From assembly GCF_009914755.1 (NCBI RefSeq), contig NC_060944.1: a stretch of DNA of 64,000 nt. One strand, written 5' to 3'. Made by a program: the position numbers and the translations under genes. Shown piece after piece: positions 62,561 through 64,000 of the stretch. Under the pieces are notes generated by a model. The model was not told where the DNA came from. It saw nothing but the letters and a program-made list of their open reading frames with translations, and did no database searches. The stretch is from the human T2T-CHM13v2.0 reference genome, Homo sapiens. Positions within the stretch are counted from its first letter, which is position 1, and the number at the start of each line of letters is the position of its first letter.

Positions 62561-64000
62561 GGGAAGGGTATCCACAACAATGGCTGATAGAACGTCCTGG
62601 AGTCACAAAGAACAAGCACTCTTAGGAAAGGTGCCATTTTAGTTAGATATGACACAATGAATCGGGTTTGGATCAGGAGGGAAGGACTGTCTATTTCAGG
62701 AAGTGGAAAAAAGAAGAATGAGCAATAAGTCTTCATCTGCCTTTGTGTCCCCACATTATGTCTTGTCTTCCAGGTCTTATGGAAACACTTCCCTCATGTA
62801 AAAGAGAAAAAAATAAACATAGTCGTATTACATTTTGGGTGAAACATTTAAAATCAGAGACATCACGCACAGCTTTGCTGCATACTAAAAGCCTAAAGGA
62901 GAAAGAGGAACAGAAAAATGTTGTTTAATTTGAATGGATGTTGGAGGAAAGAATGATCTTCAAATAGTTCAGAGTCCTGTCTTTTGGCTGAAATCCATTT
63001 CTAAGTAAAACTCTCCATAGTGCCCTCCCTGCCCTTCTTCCCCACCCTTCCTGTCCTAACCAGCTCTTCCCCAGAACAGCTCTCACCTTCCCAAAGCAGA
63101 ATAAAGCCCAGGACAATGTTGAAGGAAAACTGCACTTTTACATTTCTAGATGATTTCCTAACAGAAAATATATGAACTCTCGGAACTAAAACTTAGCTGA
63201 GGATTCCAAGCTCCAACCTAGGACCTGAAGAAACCAAGTTCATTGGGTGACTTACAAATGTGTTGATTATAACTCTCTTCATAGAATGACATCAGGACAT
63301 TTGAATATGAAATTAAAGAATTTACTCACCCGCCTTTATACTTCCATCAGGCCAAGCAGCTGGAAAGACAGTTTTTGCTTTTTTCAGAACATTGGGATAT
63401 TCACTTTCATTAACATTAAACAAGCTGAAAAGTTGTTGAAGTTTCCTTGAGATGTTTGTAAAGAATAGTGGAGCAAACATTTGGAAATTTGGGCGAGGCA
63501 GGATGCATCTCCAACACTGTACTAGACTCTTGCTTTTTAGTAAATGTTATGTCTGGCTTCACTTTGAGTGTGAAGGATGAATGTTTTTCAAAACTCTCAT
63601 TGCTGTACAAATATGATGTGTTAATGCCTCAAAATCACTGTTTACCCAGCTGCTTCCATGTAAGGTACCTGGAACTCTCGCCAGAACTTTTTCTCTTTAT
63701 GCATCTACTCTCATTTTCATTGCCATTTCTGTAGATTATTTTAAGAGGCAAAAGAAGCATCATGATTTTGAGGAGGTGGCTCCAGATACTCTTAATATTT
63801 CCACAGGCACCAAATCCCAGCTTGATGGCAGGATGGAAGTTAACTTGGGTAACATACACATGATTAGAGAATCCATCATCGGGGCATTCCCACCCACAAT
63901 TTTCCTCCCAAGATTCTGTTATTCTTTGTTAGGACAAAGACTACCCAGGGGACGTCATTGGAAAGTCTCATGTAGCTATGAACCAAAACTTTCCTGCAGA

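Overview
Primate genomic DNA, most likely human or great ape: it carries an L1PA2-like insertion and AluS/AluJ elements. The window is AT-rich and Alu-poor (3 Alus) but rich in MIR, L2, old L1M and MaLR/ERVL LTR fragments, which fits a gene desert or long intron. I find no credible protein-coding gene. The ORF track is explained by decayed L1 ORF2, a mariner-type transposase remnant, Alu or microsatellite read-through, and chance. I cannot name the locus. The best-supported unusual structures are retrotransposition scars. (i) A twin-primed L1PA7-like element has a younger L1PA2-like copy nested in its inverted arm, creating a long inverted repeat. (ii) A clean twin-primed L1PA5-like element has a perfect 16-bp TSD. 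(iii) An apparent chimeric insertion joins an L1MA 3' end to an oppositely oriented ~40-nt 5S rRNA 5' fragment. There are also several short perfect palindromes, candidate regulatory islands and candidate non-coding exons, all of which are hypotheses. I see no evidence of a new multi-gene biological system. Repeat subfamily calls come from recalled consensus features and need RepeatMasker/Dfam confirmation. Boundaries of old repeats are approximate.
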